DNA from: Podarcis filfolensis
Lineage: Eukaryota
NCBI GenBank assembly: GCA_964270895.1
Contig: OZ185437.1
Reading direction: 5' to 3' (one strand)
Length of the DNA stretch: 64,000 nt
The notes under the pieces are model-generated. The model made no database searches and was not told the DNA's origin. It saw nothing but the letters and a program-made list of their open reading frames with translations. Position numbers and translations under genes: made by a program. Shown piece after piece: positions 11,366 through 24,926 of this stretch (position 1 is its first letter; each line of letters opens with the position of its first letter).

Positions 11366-12612
11366 TCAGTTCTATTCTAAATCAGAAGCACCATTCATAT
11401 GTAGGATCAGGCCAATAAGCGGAGACTGTATCCTAACAAAACAGAGTTTCTGTTGCAAAATGGTTCCTAGGTGTGTTTAGAATCTCCCCATAAGGGGATA
11501 ACAATTGCAGAGAGGATTCTGTGTGTGTTCTCAGCACTTGGTACTGAACCTTAGGAAGGTCTGAAGTAGAGCCAGTGCATATGGAGGCATTGGGAGCATG
11601 TTTTGCAAAAGCATCTCTCACTTCTGCTTCAAGCCCTCGTAAGTTCACCCTGGCTGCCTCATGAGGTCTAGAGACTTGTAGAAATCCACAGAAGTGTGTA
11701 AAATAACTTACATGCTCTTCCTTTTTGCTCAGGTTCTGTAAACGTAGGCAAGCAGATGCTGGGTTCTGAAACAGAATAATTACATGTTTTGGTGCATCAT
11801 AGCTGGAGTGCTCCACATTTCAGCAGGTTTACATTGATTTATGTAGAAAGCATACAGCCCTTTATTAAAATTATTTATGCCAGTCAGGAAAACATGCACA
11901 CACAATGTATTGTTGGCAAGTCTGCTGGAGCACTGTATCTAAAAATAGATGTTTATAACAGAAAAAGCAAATCTCCAGCATTCAAAATAAATTATACAAA
12001 GCACAATTTTGTATACAGTATATTGTTTTAGTTTTGACAGGGTCTAATGCTTGCCATGTTTATGTCTTCACATAATTCAGAGGATTTCAGAGAGGTTAGG
12101 GTGCTAAGAGGCAGGATACAAAGGAAACAGGGAGCCAAGGACATTAAAACATTATTGGTGTTCTTGTGTTTTATGGGTATTTATGGTCTGACTTTATTGC
12201 CTTTTGTATGTTGTAAGCCAACCAGATATACTTTATGAAAGTGTGGATTATAAATATTTAAATTAACAAAAAGCTGGGGAAAAGGGCACAGAAAGGCCCT
12301 CAGTGGTGGATGGTCCTCAGAGTTAATGGCAGGCGGAGCCAACGCATTCTAGTTTTGTCCCTGCTGAGTTCCCAAACAGTGACACTTGAGTCCAAAGAGG
12401 AGGAAGCTGACAGGCTGCGTCCCTCTCTGGATTGCTTGCAAGTAAGAAGGCAAGCTGAGAGCAGACTGAGGTTGGTGGGGCAGTGCCCTGTTTTCCCCAA
12501 TAGACTAGTCTCCATAGACTAGTGGACTTCTGAAAGGCATGTAAGACTGAAATATAGATTGAGGTTCTCCCCAAGGCAGGCCCTTTTACTTTCTCTATCA
12601 TTTGAAGGTTTT

Positions 12613-12867
12613 GAAGAAGAAGAAGAAGAGTTTGGATTTGATATCCTGCCTTTCACTCCCTTTAAGGAGTCTCAAAGTGGCTAACATTCTCCTTTCCCTT
12701 CCTCCCCCACAACAAACACTCTGTGAGGTGAGTGGGGCTGAGAGACTTCAAAGAAGTGTGACTGGCCCAAGGTCACCCAGCAGCTGCTTGTGGAGGAGCG
12801 GAGACGCAAACCCAGTTCCCCAGATTACGAGACTACTGCTCTTAACCACTACACCACACTGGCTCTC
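12613..12867 (-). mobile_element. Squam3-like (MIR/Ther1-derived) SINE
   Basis: Reverse complement begins gagagccagtgtggtgtagtggttaagag, contains the CORE-like gtgaccttgggccagtcac and ends in a (TTC)n tail. Confidence 0.8.
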
Positions 12868-15800
12868 TTTGCACACACTATGCCTTCTAGCAAGATTTGA
12901 AAACCCAAATGAGTTTGTTACAGGGGATTTCTTGGCAAGTGTGCCTTCTGCATCTGTTTCTGATTTTAGTGTTGCAGTCATTTCTAGGACAGATAAGTAT
13001 TGTGCTGAGGGAAAGCTCCATATCCTTGGCCACCATGTTATCTACTTCCATTACATTTGTAACCTTCTGTCCCTTTTAGTGCCTGTAAGCTAAAAGTCAA
13101 AGCAACTCATGATATGGCAAGCATTTGGATTTGCTCAGCTAACCTTTCTAAGGTGTGTAGAAAAACTCATCTTGCTCTATTTTAAAACTGGAACATGGAT
13201 AAAATGTCCTTTTGTTGACTTTCTGTGTGAAACTGTGCCAGGTTTGGAGGGCCAGATGAAGACCTTTCTAGGCCTCTTAATAAAATAGTCACCAGCCACT
13301 ACTGGTTTCGTGAACCCACAGTCTGGAAATTTGTTCTAGAGCAGCAGTTAAGTTTCATAGTAGCTAAACTTTGGTGGAAAGTCCCTGGTCTACACAATGC
13401 CTTCCTTGTTGAGGCTTAATAATCTGTTGACAGCCCTCTTCAGGCATTCAAAGTGATGTGCGATAAGGGGCAGTGTACAAGCCCAGCCCTCAGTGTCTTC
13501 ATTCCCTCAGGACAGCTTATCAAATTGAGCACCAAGACCTGAAGGGGGCTTCTAACCCTGTTCAGCTAGGTATAGATCGAATCATCCAAGAGATCAGGGC
13601 TCCCAGTCACATGGAGGCAAAGTGTGCTCATCTGAATGCACTGAAAGGACCCTTTCAGACCTCCCTGCCTAATGTGGGAAAATCAGGGCATTGCTCTTGG
13701 ACAGGAATGTGTTGCCTGAATGCCCAAACGGCCTTCATCTCTTGCATTGAAGTCAAGTAACGTGCTGTAACGTGGGAACTCTTATACACGTGCACTGATC
13801 TTTGAATAATCCTGGATCTCGAGCTTTGTTAATTTGCTGGTGATGTACAATCCTGGATCCATGAACCTGATTCAGTGACGGCCTTCTTTCATTTCCGTGT
13901 GTATTATTGTAACTTTGCAAACCTCTAAATCTGGGATGGGGAACCTCTGAGGCTCCAGTTGTTGCTGGACTACAAATTCCACAACCTCTCACAATTAGCC
14001 ACGCTGGATGAAGCTGGTGGGAGTTGCAGTCCAACAAAATCCAGAGGGCCACAAGTTCCCACACTGCTGTACTAAATGAATGAGATTCACTCTCAAAAGG
14101 AAGGCAATCCTAAATGGGAGAGAATTCAAAGGGACTTTCACACATACATGCACACACACATTTAGTTTAAATCTCTTATGCATCAGGAAAAGGAGCTCAC
14201 AGTTCCCTGGAACTTTCCCTGTGAACCTCTAATCCTTCCTGATGGTTTCTGGGATTGCCTTTCCATCCCTGAAGATGCAGTGAGCCTGTTTTGTTTGCAG
14301 AGGGAGAATGATGAATCTTCTCCTTTGAATGTAGGGAAATATCTTTGCTGTTGACAGTTGCAGCTGCCAGACATGGCCATTGTGCCACTAAGGGCTTCCC
14401 CAAGCAATGCGTAATGAGGGCAGAGGCCCTGAGACTTGGCATTTTGCAGTCCTGCCTCTGTGAGCAATTACAACAGCCCTGTATTATTATTCAGACTGTA
14501 TCTACTAAGTATCTTCAATCAATCTTGCAGATGCAGCAGTTGCTTTTACAAGTTGTATACGGCTATACAACTTCAGATTGGGGTGGGGGTTGCCTAACTG
14601 GTGGAAACTAATTTGAATTAAAGCCATCTATTTACTGGCGTGTATGTAAATCCTCTGTCTGACTTTTTGATCAGCACAGCAAAAAAGAAGAACACACTGG
14701 GAGATGTGTTTGCCGCGTTGCAGGCTGCTGTGTTTTGCTTGTCATTAGCTCTGGATTTTACTAGAAGTTGCCTAACAAACAAATTATGATGGAAGCTGCC
14801 ACATTTCATAGATAAGAGATAATACCAATATTGCAAGTAAAACATCCAATCAAAGGAGATGGATCTGGGCTTCCCTTACAGAGGAACTCATGAGAATGAA
14901 GAATCATGACAAGGAATAGAGATTTGAACCCTGATCTCCCAGGTCCTAATCTGACACTCTAACCACTACACCACAATGGCTTCCTAGAGTCCTTCTGATA
15001 TGGGGCACTCTATAAATTAAGTAGGTAAATCAATATGGGGGATGAAAATGTCACTTAGAGATGGATCTGAAATATTTTTCTTGATACTTGAATTTGTTTC
15101 ATTATGGATTGTGTCATTTGACGTTTTAATGTGTTGTAAACAACTTTGATTTTTTTTCTTTAAAATATAAAGTGGTATAAAAATGCAACGAGTAATGATG
15201 ATGATAACAGAATCCCTCCTAGTTTGCATATTGTATACAATGAGAGGTGAACAGAATCATTTCTGTGTCTCTTATGGCTGGATAAAAAGTCCTTTATATT
15301 AGTGTTTATTTTCTATTGTTTCTTCTTCCTCTTCTTCTTCTTCTTCTCTTCCTCCAGCCTTGTGAGACATATGTAAAAGGCAACAAATTAACCAATTAAT
15401 TAGTCGGCATTGTACCCCAATTTTTAAAAACCACCTCTGGGTCTCAAAACAGCTTGCAAAATAATATATAAATTAAAACTATCTGAAAACATATCACCCG
15501 TATATGACTCTCCTCCCTCAACTGTTCAGGATGCTACCAGGAGCATGAAAGTGGATGGTCAGAGCTCCCACAATTCATGCCATTTATAGTCAGTACAATA
15601 CATTACTCATTGCTGGCTGCACAAGTTGGTTCTCAGAAAGAGAGAAGAGAGAGCAACCTGTACAATTACAGTCTGTCTGAACAGGAGGAATAGCATCTGC
15701 CTCTGCTTCTCTCTTTGGATACGAGGCAAGCAAAGGGTGAGTGGGTGGGGTAGAGTGGGGTGGGTCAGGATGATTGTTGTGCCCCGCAGAGTGGTAACCA

Positions 15801-16053
15801 AAGCAACTGCCTCAAGTACTCGGCAGCAGTCCCAGTATTGTCAAGAAAAAGAAGACCTATCTCTGCCTTATGAAAGGAAATTACAAATTCTTTTAATAAT
15901 AACTATAATAATAATCTCGTATTATTTTATTTCCTATTGGTAAGAATGTTTTGTTCCACTATAATAAGGGAAATATAAGAACAGCAAGCAATAGCATTGG
16001 CCTCATCTTATTCCCAGAAACTGTTGATGCAAACATGTACATAAATTTTCTAA

Positions 16054-16293
16054 GGGATGCAGATGGCACTGTGGTCTAAACCACTGAGTCTCTCGGGCTT
16101 GCCGATCGGAAGGTCGGCAGTTCGAATCCTGTTGCGCCAGAAGCAGTTTAGTCATGCTGGCCACATGACCCAGAAAGCTGTCTGTGGACAAACGCCGGCT
16201 CCCTCGGCCTGAAAGCAAGAGGAGCGCCACACCCCATAGTCGCCTTTGACTGGATTTAGCCGCCCAGGGGTCCTTTACATTTTACCCTTACCT
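16054..16293 (+). mobile_element. Sauria SINE, internally deleted variant
   Basis: Head and tail match, central ~120 bp missing. Imperfect TSD tacataaattttct / tacatatattttct. Confidence 0.85.
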
Positions 16294-16731
16294 TACATAT
16301 ATTTTCTCAGCCATTTACCCAAGTTTCCACTTACAGACCCTCAAATTTTCCCTATTTTCCAGGGACAATCCCAGATTTACAGAAGCCTACCCGGTTTCTG
16401 ATTTGATCCCAGAATGTCCCGCTTTTCCTTAGGATGTCTCAAATTTTCATTGGAGAAATGTTGGAGGATACGGAGTGATGCACCCCACCCTCTGAGCCAA
16501 AGAGCTAAATAACTATACAACCTTTAGAAGACGTCTGAAGGCAGCTTTGTATAGGGAAGTTTTTAAATGTTTAATACTTTATTATGTTTTTATTTATGTT
16601 GGAAATTGCCCAGAGTGGCTGCAGCAATTGGGATATAAATAATAAAAGTGTTGTTGTTGTTGTTGTCGTCATTATGGAATAAGACTCCCTATTTTCATCA
16701 GAGAAATGTTGGAGGGCATGCCTTTACCCTA

Positions 16732-16773
<42 letters not shown>
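16732..16773. repeat. (AAT)14 microsatellite
   Basis: Direct count. Confidence 0.95.
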
Positions 16774-17701
16774 TTAAAAGCCAAACAAATCCATAATTAT
16801 AAATGTCTGACAATCAAATTATCCTTTTGAAGGTGGGATTTTCTTGTTGATGAAGCAAAAAAATGAAACCACCAGAGGGAGCTAAATTAAAAAAAGGCTC
16901 AGTTTCTGCTTTAGGCCTAACTGAGCCTTGCCATTGCATCAAAACCCAAACTTGGGGAAAAAATGGAGGAGAGCAGCATGAAAGACCTACCCGTATCAGT
17001 GTGTGTGTTTTTCAAGGTTTATTTTTTTTAATGGAGGGGAAGAACCTGCTTTGCTTCACCCCATGTGTTGTTATAATTGGTTCTGCTCAATTTAATTTTA
17101 TTATGTTATGTTTTGCCTACCAATTTCCTTTTCAAAACTTCCAGAGTAGATAATCATTTTATGGTAACCATGTGCTGGTCAGGAAGCAAATTCTATTCCT
17201 TACTGTCATTCTTTGTTAATCATAAGGATCACCACAAATAGGAAGTGTAGGGGGGGAACCTCTTTCATAGCTACAGCTGCCATTTTTGATGGAACATACA
17301 GAACCTGAACTCATTCATGCACCCTTCTGAACACTGCAAAGCCATATACTTTGGTTAGTCCTGGCCAAATTCTGTATGCTAACATGGGCTTCAAAAGTCA
17401 AGCAAAATCATCACAAACAAATGTACTTATTTTACAGATACAGGTTTTGTTTTCTCTTTCCTGATTTTATTGCTTGGTTATGACCATTTTTCTTGCATTA
17501 TACCTACTGAAAGCTGAAATAAAAATATTTACAAGCACACACACAAAAAATGGTCAAGTGAAACTGCAAGACATGCACTGAACCAAGTTTGGATCAGCAG
17601 TTTGGCATCTGTTGTTAACTCTGGCTTTATTAAGAAGCTGTAGGGGCATGCAGTTTTTTCTGTGGAAATGTCAGATTCCTAAAACAGAAGGAAGCAAAGC
17701 T

Positions 17702-17761
17702 TGTGGTTGTTGTTTAGTCGTGTCCGACTCTTTGTGACCCCATGGACCAGAGCACGCCAGA
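17702..17761 (-). mobile_element. Bov-B (RTE) LINE 3' stub, 60 bp
   Basis: gttgttgtttagtcgtgtccgactctttgtgaccccatggaccagagcacgccag; TSD caaagct at 17695-17701 and 17762-17768. Confidence 0.75.
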
Positions 17762-20700
17762 CAAAGCTAAGGGAGGAGAAATGAAGCCACGTTTTTCAGG
17801 AGCAGCCCTCTGTTCTTATTTATTTCATTTCATTTCATTAATGAATGAATTCCTGAAGCTATTTAACAGTAAAACCATTGATTAAAAAACACGTATTAAA
17901 ACCAGTTTCAGATATAAGCTACTTTCTTGTTAACAGCAGCATTTGCAAGGCATTCAGTACATTCTGCCTACCTTCCATGCCATTTCTAACGATGGCACCT
18001 CTCTAGCAAAAAGACCCCCCTTTCCATTAAAGGTTTGGAAAGAGAAGGGTACACATTGTTCTCCCTCCCCAGTGAGTCTGTTCAGGATCATACTGCCCTT
18101 CTGAGATGCTTTGTTCGCTGTGCATGATTCCCTCCCTTGCTTGCTTGCTCTTGATCAGCAGATCCAGCTCAGCTTTGGATCCTAGTAGATGTGGGAGGAT
18201 CTTGTTCATTAAGAATAATGAAAAGGAGAAAATGTCATGCAATTGGCAGGATCTGTACAATTCCGCCCCACCCCCTCAAATAACACTCCCATAAAGTCAA
18301 ACCCCTAAAGCGACTCCAACTTTCCTTCTCCTTGTCCAGCTATTCATCTTCAGGCAGCATTTTGTAGCCATCCTTTAAAGGACTGGTTTTAACAGTGATT
18401 TCTGTTCTCTGGTTATGGGTGTAAGTCCTGGAACCTACTCTATAGCTGTACTTTGTCGATCTGGTTGGCAGCACAATGAAGACATTTGGATATGTTAGTA
18501 GTGCTGCCTACAAAAAAAAAAAAAAAGTGGAGAAATTGACTGGAAATGTGTCCTTTGGGGATGTCCTTCCTCTTAAAATTTATTATATTATTATATTATA
18601 GTACAATATAATATATTATATTATGTATTCTACTTTTCTAGGATACTATTTTTCTTTAAAAAATAAAAAGGGGTGCTGGAACTCACCACGAATACCTCCT
18701 TTGTTCTCTTATAATGGCCATGGTGCCCACCTGAGAGGTCTGGCAAGTTCTGGCTGAAAAAAGCCCTAGATTGATAAGTTCCCCACATCTCCTTCAAGAA
18801 CAAACATAAAATTTATAATTTCTTTCTAGGAAACTCTTCCTTAGGATCTTATAGGATCTTATTTTACTCCATTGCAAAGCACTCTTCATATGAGCTTCTT
18901 GACTGTTACTCAAAACCCCTTACATTGATCCTGAGAGAGGCCTCAAAATTATATGGGGTTCTTATCAAAATGTAAAAAAGGATGGTAATGACTTGTCTAT
19001 GGACATTTTAACAAACCATAGAAGGACAAATCATCTTTATACTTGATGGTTCCTTTCCAATAGAATGAAGGGGAATTCCACTGGTGAATGGAATTTGTTT
19101 ATTGCAGAACATACTACTGGTAAATGCAATGTGGGTGTGGGTGTTTGGTATCCCATGAGAACTATATACAAAAGCAAATGTAGATGGTGAGTTTAAAGGA
19201 GCAAGCCTCTTATTTTCTTGGCATTTTACTTACCCACACAGCCCAAATCATGTGTGTGGTTTGTCGTTGTTTCTTTACTGAATGAGAAGTCCATTCAAGG
19301 TGGCTGACTATTAAAAATGCTAAAACTAAACATCAAGGTTGGAAAACGCAATGTTATGAAATGACACACCAATCACAGGCCATTTGTGGTCTTCAGAAAT
19401 TGATGGCATGAGCTGTCATGTTCTAGTTTGCTGGTTCAATACTATGGATGGTCAGATTGATGTTGAATTAGGTTTGAATCATTGGTTTGAATCATATGAC
19501 AATTAATTGTAGCGCTGGAATAATGTCACTTTGCTTCCCCCTTTCCAAGTAATGCAAGTTTGGTTGACCAAATGGGATTCAAAAGTGAGGACTGAGGACA
19601 GAAGTATTTTGAAAAGAACAAAATAATCAGAATAGAATTTTTTTCCCCTGAAGGATACAAGCAAACCTGTATGCAACGTGAAAAAGTTGTGCTTAGCAAA
19701 ATGTTGTTGAAATTAAAGTATTCCCCCCCGCCGCCCTCTCTTGCTTTGAGCCAAATTCCCTAGTCATGACAGTCCCTGGATAACGTGGATTCAGAGTATG
19801 GGATATCAGTTGTGCGGTGACTTGGAGAGGTGTTCATCAAATGTACATGAACTTTTAGCAGTGGACAGTCATCCTTCAATCGTCTCAATCCAATTTCTTT
19901 GAAGTATTTTCTAAATCTCCCTGCTCAACTTCTAATCCTGGGTAGGAAATTAAATTGAGTGTTTGCCTGACATCAACATATTGAGATTTAGCTCCTGAAG
20001 TAATTAATTTGCTGCCCATATCACTTTGAGGATCAAGTCAGCACTGGCTCAGGAAACCACATGGTTTGGGAGTCACCTGTTTCTCCTCGTATCACCTCTA
20101 AATCCTAACTACTACTAGACAGTCTACTAAGGCTGCAACCCTATGCAAACCTGAGACACTTACCTATACACACTTACTTCTCAGTAGATGTATATAGGAC
20201 TGCACTGAAAAATGTTGGGCCAGCTAGCCCTGAAGAGTAAAAACACTGGCCCACCTGCGGGTGATTTCCAAGGGGAGACCCTATTTATGAGGAAGCCACT
20301 GTTGGCAGTGAGTTGCTGCTCTCATGTTGGCCCCAAAAGGAGTACAGTACCACCAAAATGCAGTCAGTCCTTTGGGTTTTTCCTTCTGGGTGTAAGGAAG
20401 GAGAGCAAACAAGGAAAACAGCAAACAAGGAAAAGTTCTATTACTACTAAACATACTTGAGCATCCTAATCAAAGACTGCTGTTATTGCTGCAACAGACT
20501 GAAAGTTATGTAACACTATACACTTGTCTCCTCCTGGTCTAATTTTAAAGCCCATACTGCACTCATTTTACACTTCCTTTTTGCCAGATCCAAATTTGCA
20601 CTCTGTTTAACCTAAAATATTGAACTAACAATATACTGTTCTTCAAAGGCCCTACATATAGGGCAAAACAGGCACTCCTTGCTAATTCCACACCCGACAG

Positions 20701-21660
20701 GCTGCCTTCACAATGGTCTAATAGCTCTTTGTTATTAGATCATCTCTAAACAAAATCTCAAGACCATCTCTTTAAAAATGATGTCACCATACATGCTAGG
20801 ATGCTTAACATCCCTACAACTAACAATTTCTTGTACAAGTAACTTTAATCCAGGTCTAGGCTGCCCAGCAATTGGAATGATGGTGGAGGGTTGCTAACAT
20901 ATTCATGTGATTCATGCTGAGCAGCTTCTACTGATAAACCAAACAAGATGATCAACGATCCTCCTTTTTTTCCACAGCCAAAAATGTTGGGTATAAGCGG
21001 CCTTGCATGCCTCCAGTCAGCAGAGGGCAGAGTTGAGACCAACACATTGGGAAAATAGTCTTTGTGGTTTCCCACTAAACACCTAAGCTCTGCCCCTGCC
21101 TTCTGCTCTCTCTCTTTTTCCTCTCTTGACCCTTCTTCTGAATGAGGCAGCCATGACACTACCTGTCACAATGCAGAACATTTGTTTCTTCAGCAATGGG
21201 ACTCCAGTGTATTTTATTATAACTTTATAGCAGTGCTAGCGATGGGTGAACGAGATAGCCGACGGGTAGTAGGTTAGCTCCAGCTTCCAAGCTGTTTTTA
21301 CTCTGCTAATCTTTTTTAATAATAATAAAAAAACTGTAAGCCAACCGATTTTATTTTTTAAACAGTCAAAAAGCACCCCTCCCTGGTTCAAATTGCAGCA
21401 GCAGCACTGGATGGCAGGGGGGAGTGCCAGTATGTTTTGCTCAGCTTGGCAAACAGCAGCTTTGGGAGGGGATTTTTATAAGGAAAAAGACAAGGGGGGA
21501 CGGACTCAAGCCTTTCTCACTTTGCACAGTGACACCAGTCCAGACTGGGACCCTTGTAGCCGCTGCAATGAAAACCTATGGGAAATCCAGTCACAGACCT
21601 CCAATTGTCTTGTCCCATTTTGGCCTCTAAACATCGATGGGAGCATATTAGTTGTAAACT

Positions 21661-22018
21661 GGTGCTGTGGGTTAAACCACTGAGCCTAGGGCTTGCCGAT
21701 CAGAAGGTCGGCAGTTCGAATCCCCGTGACGGGGTGAGCTCCTGTTGCTTGGTCCCTGCTCCTGCCAACCTAGCAGTTCGAAAGCACGTCAAAGTGCAAG
21801 TAGATAAATAGGTACCACTCCGGCGAGAAGGTAAACGGTGTTTCCGTGCGCTGCTCTGGCTCGCCAGAAGTGGCTCAGTCATGCTGGCCACATGACCTGG
21901 AAGCCGTTTGCGAACAAATACCGGCTCCCTCGGCCAATAAAGCGAGATGAGCGCCGCAACCCCAGAGTCGGCCACGACTGGACCTAATGGTCAGGGGTCC
22001 CTTTACCCTTTACCTTTA
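21661..22018 (+). mobile_element. Sauria SINE, slightly 5'-truncated
   Basis: Body and (ACCTTT)n-like tail match the other copies. Confidence 0.9.
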
Positions 22019-22179
22019 GTCACATAGGAAGCTGCTGTATATTTAGTCAGATCATGGGCCTCATGTACCTCAGTATCGTGGGACTCATCTAACTTACAGC
22101 TTCTCTGCAGAGTTTCAGGCAGGATTCCTTCCCACCTCTGCCTGGAGATGTTGGGGATTGAACCTGGGAACCTTTTCCG

Positions 22180-22351
22180 TAGGGCTGCCATACATCTGGA
22201 ATTTCCTGGACATGGCCAGGATTCATCTATCAAGAATGGCCTCTGGGTGGGAATTTTCGAAAAGTGGCTAAAATGTCCAGGAAAACCTGGTCTTATGGCA
22301 GCCCATATCGGAGGTGTTGATTTTTGGGCAATAGGAAATATGGCAACCCTA
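22180..22351. mobile_element. hAT-like MITE inserted in a tRNA-derived SINE (host ~22025-22380)
   Basis: TIR TAGGGCTGCCATA / TATGGCAACCCTA; TSD cttttccg / cttttgtg (6/8). The host SINE resumes with tgcaaagcagatt. Confidence 0.7.
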
Positions 22352-23728
22352 CTTTTGTGTGTGCAAAGCAGATTCTCTGTTGCCAATATATTTTTTTCTA
22401 GTGCAGGAGGTGAGGGACCTGTGGCCCTACAGATATTGTTGGACTACAACCCCTAGCACCCTTGAACATTGGTCACGCTGGCTGGGGTTGGTGGGAGTTG
22501 GTGTGTAACTTCCATTTGGTTTTCCCTCCTTTAGTGCTTCATAGAGAGGCCCTGAGCTTTCTCTAAAGACATAATCACTCAGAACCATCGCTTGACATTT
22601 AAGGGCTGGTGCCTTGCCATGAAAACTGCAATGCACACAGTAATAATTTCAGAAGAGAGGCCCACTGGCTTTTGTAATATGTTGCATGGCAATAAGAAGC
22701 ACCGTACTGTATACAGATCATAAATAAACTGTTGTCCAGCAACCTCATTTAAGGCTCTTTTCATAACTCTGTTGCTTTAGTTTTCAAGATTAATGATAAC
22801 TCCAACCTATCAATTTATTAACATCTGCTGCACATTTTCAAAGCTGTCCTTTCAACAAATTAGAAGCTTGAGATAAAGTTATTCCATGTTCTAAGCATTC
22901 TATTAAATCTTTAGTGCACATGCCCTGAGGTTTGGGTTCTGAGGCGTATGACATTTCCACCTTCCCCTTTTCGGTTCTAAAATTATAAAGTGGTTCCTCC
23001 CAAAGCCCAGAATACCTCCCTATTTTTCTAAAGTTTAAGCCACGCATCATGGAGTGGAAACTTTTACAGCATATACTGTAACTTCCTGCTCATCTCATCC
23101 CTATAAAGGTGCTGTGGATTATCTCAACAATGTCACAAAATGTACATCTATTACGGGTTACGAAAACAGAGACCAAGAAAAAATAGTGCAGAGAATACAG
23201 GGAGAAAAAGAAAATTACCTTCTATGTCACATTTCAGAAAACAAAAGAACTTTTACTGCTACAATAAAAATGATTTAAAGCAAACACAAACCTGTCCAAT
23301 TATGGTTATGTAATTATAGCCTAATGGAATAAGTGTGCCAGGTTAACAAGGGGAATCTTTCCAGCCATTCTTAATAGTGAATTTGAAGACTTGTTGCCTC
23401 TTCCTCTTCCTAAAATCAGTTGGGTAATAGTGTACTATGTCCCGATGCTAAGCTTAAGTCCCCAGTGATTTCACTTGTGCCTTTGAGAAACACACTGCAC
23501 TCTCCCATTCAGAGAGTGCTTCCAGGTGGGAGTTTCCTGTGGAATCGGTGCAGATTGTGCATGCAAGTTTGGGGCTGGGTACACAAAACACTCTTGTTAT
23601 CAAAATGCCAGCCTATACTTTTTCAACATTTAATCTGAATTTCTCCTTCCTGCGGAAAATCTGATTAGTTAAAACAACCTATCAACACCATCACTGGTGT
23701 GGAAGCTTGTTAATGCATTTTCCTGGTA

Positions 23729-23977
23729 CAGTGGTACCTTGGTTGTTGAACTTAATCCGTTCTGGGAGTCTGTTGACTCCCGGAACCGTTTGAAAACCAA
23801 GGCGCGGCTTCCAATGGCTGTAGGAGCTTCCTGCACTCAATCGGAAGCTGTGGAAGCCGTGTCGGACTTTTGGCTTAAAAAGAATGTTTGAAAATCACAG
23901 CACTTACTTCTGGGTTTTCAAAGTTTGGAAGCCAAAACGTATGAGTACCAAGGCATTCGAGAACCAAGGTAAGACTA
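23729..23977. mobile_element. Tigger/pogo-like MITE (family B)
   Basis: Left TIR CAGTGGTACCTTGG, degenerate right TIR, TA flanks; matches the reverse complement of 4642-4884. Confidence 0.75.
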
Positions 23978-24065
23978 TACACCATTTGTAATGTGGAACT
24001 CTCCCCACAGAGTCCGGCAGCTTCATTATACAGCTTCTGGTGAATGCTGAAGATGCACGTCTTTA

Positions 24066-24307
24066 CAGTGGTACCTTGGGTTACATATGCTTCAGGTTAC
24101 AGACACTTCAGGTTACAGACTCCGCTAACCCAGAAATAGTACCTCGGGTTAAGAACTTTGCTTCAGGATGAGAACAGAAATCATGCTCCAGCGCATGGCA
24201 GCAGCAAGAGACCCCATTAGCTAAAGTGGTGCTTCAGGTTAAGAACAGTTTCAGGTTAAGAATGGAACTCCGGAACGAATTAAGTACTTAACCTGAGGTA
24301 CCCACTG
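24066..24307. mobile_element. Tigger-like MITE (family A)
   Basis: TIR CAGTGGTACC with TA TSD; body nearly identical to the other copies. Confidence 0.88.
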
Positions 24308-24408
24308 TATTTGGCTTTTGAGATGAGCCGCATATTTTTAGGACCCACTTTATTTCTGTGATTTAAACTGTTTTTAATACTGTGTTTTCATGTTGTAACC
24401 CACCCTGG

Positions 24409-24710
24409 GTTGGCATCCATCTGTCTTGTGAGACAATGAAGGAATGTGCCTTTGGGGGCGAGGTCAAGCTGTTGGACAGTTGTAGCACCTACTGTGGCTG
24501 TAGAAACTGATGCAGGAGAGACATGTTTTGTTGCAGCTGGTGCAGATGAAGGCGTTCAGTTGTGCTGCTGCAGATGCACCCTGGCATTTCTTCTCTCTGC
24601 TCTCCTTGCAGCAATCATTCCTCCTCTGGTCACTGCTGTGGATACACAACTTGACCGCGTGCTTCAGGCATTGTGATCATCTGCAAGGGATTCTCACACA
24701 GCAGGATTGA
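24409..24710 (-). mobile_element. RTE-clade LINE 3' fragment
   Basis: Minus-frame FICTSCNKTCLSCISFYSHSRC resembles the RTE C-terminal CxxC...SHxRxC motif. Confidence 0.7.
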
Positions 24711-24926
24711 TGTTGCCAGGCTTCATGTCATGGTTGCAGACATCTTTGTAACACAGACTTGATCTGCCAATTGGCCTGGTGCCAGTAGGCAACCCACTGT
24801 AAAGCACTTCCTTGGGGATCCTGCCGGATTCCATTATGTGGGCATGACCAAGCCAGCGTTGATGTCACTGAGACAGGAGTGAGAACATGCTGGACCTTAG
24901 AATAAAGCATAGGTACTGTAAATATT

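Noticed and set aside
20130-20210. Two strong minus-strand GTAAGT donors
   Set aside because: They lie in a short degenerate palindromic repeat (gctgcaaccctatgc...acttac...gtagatgtatataggactgca), not an exon boundary.
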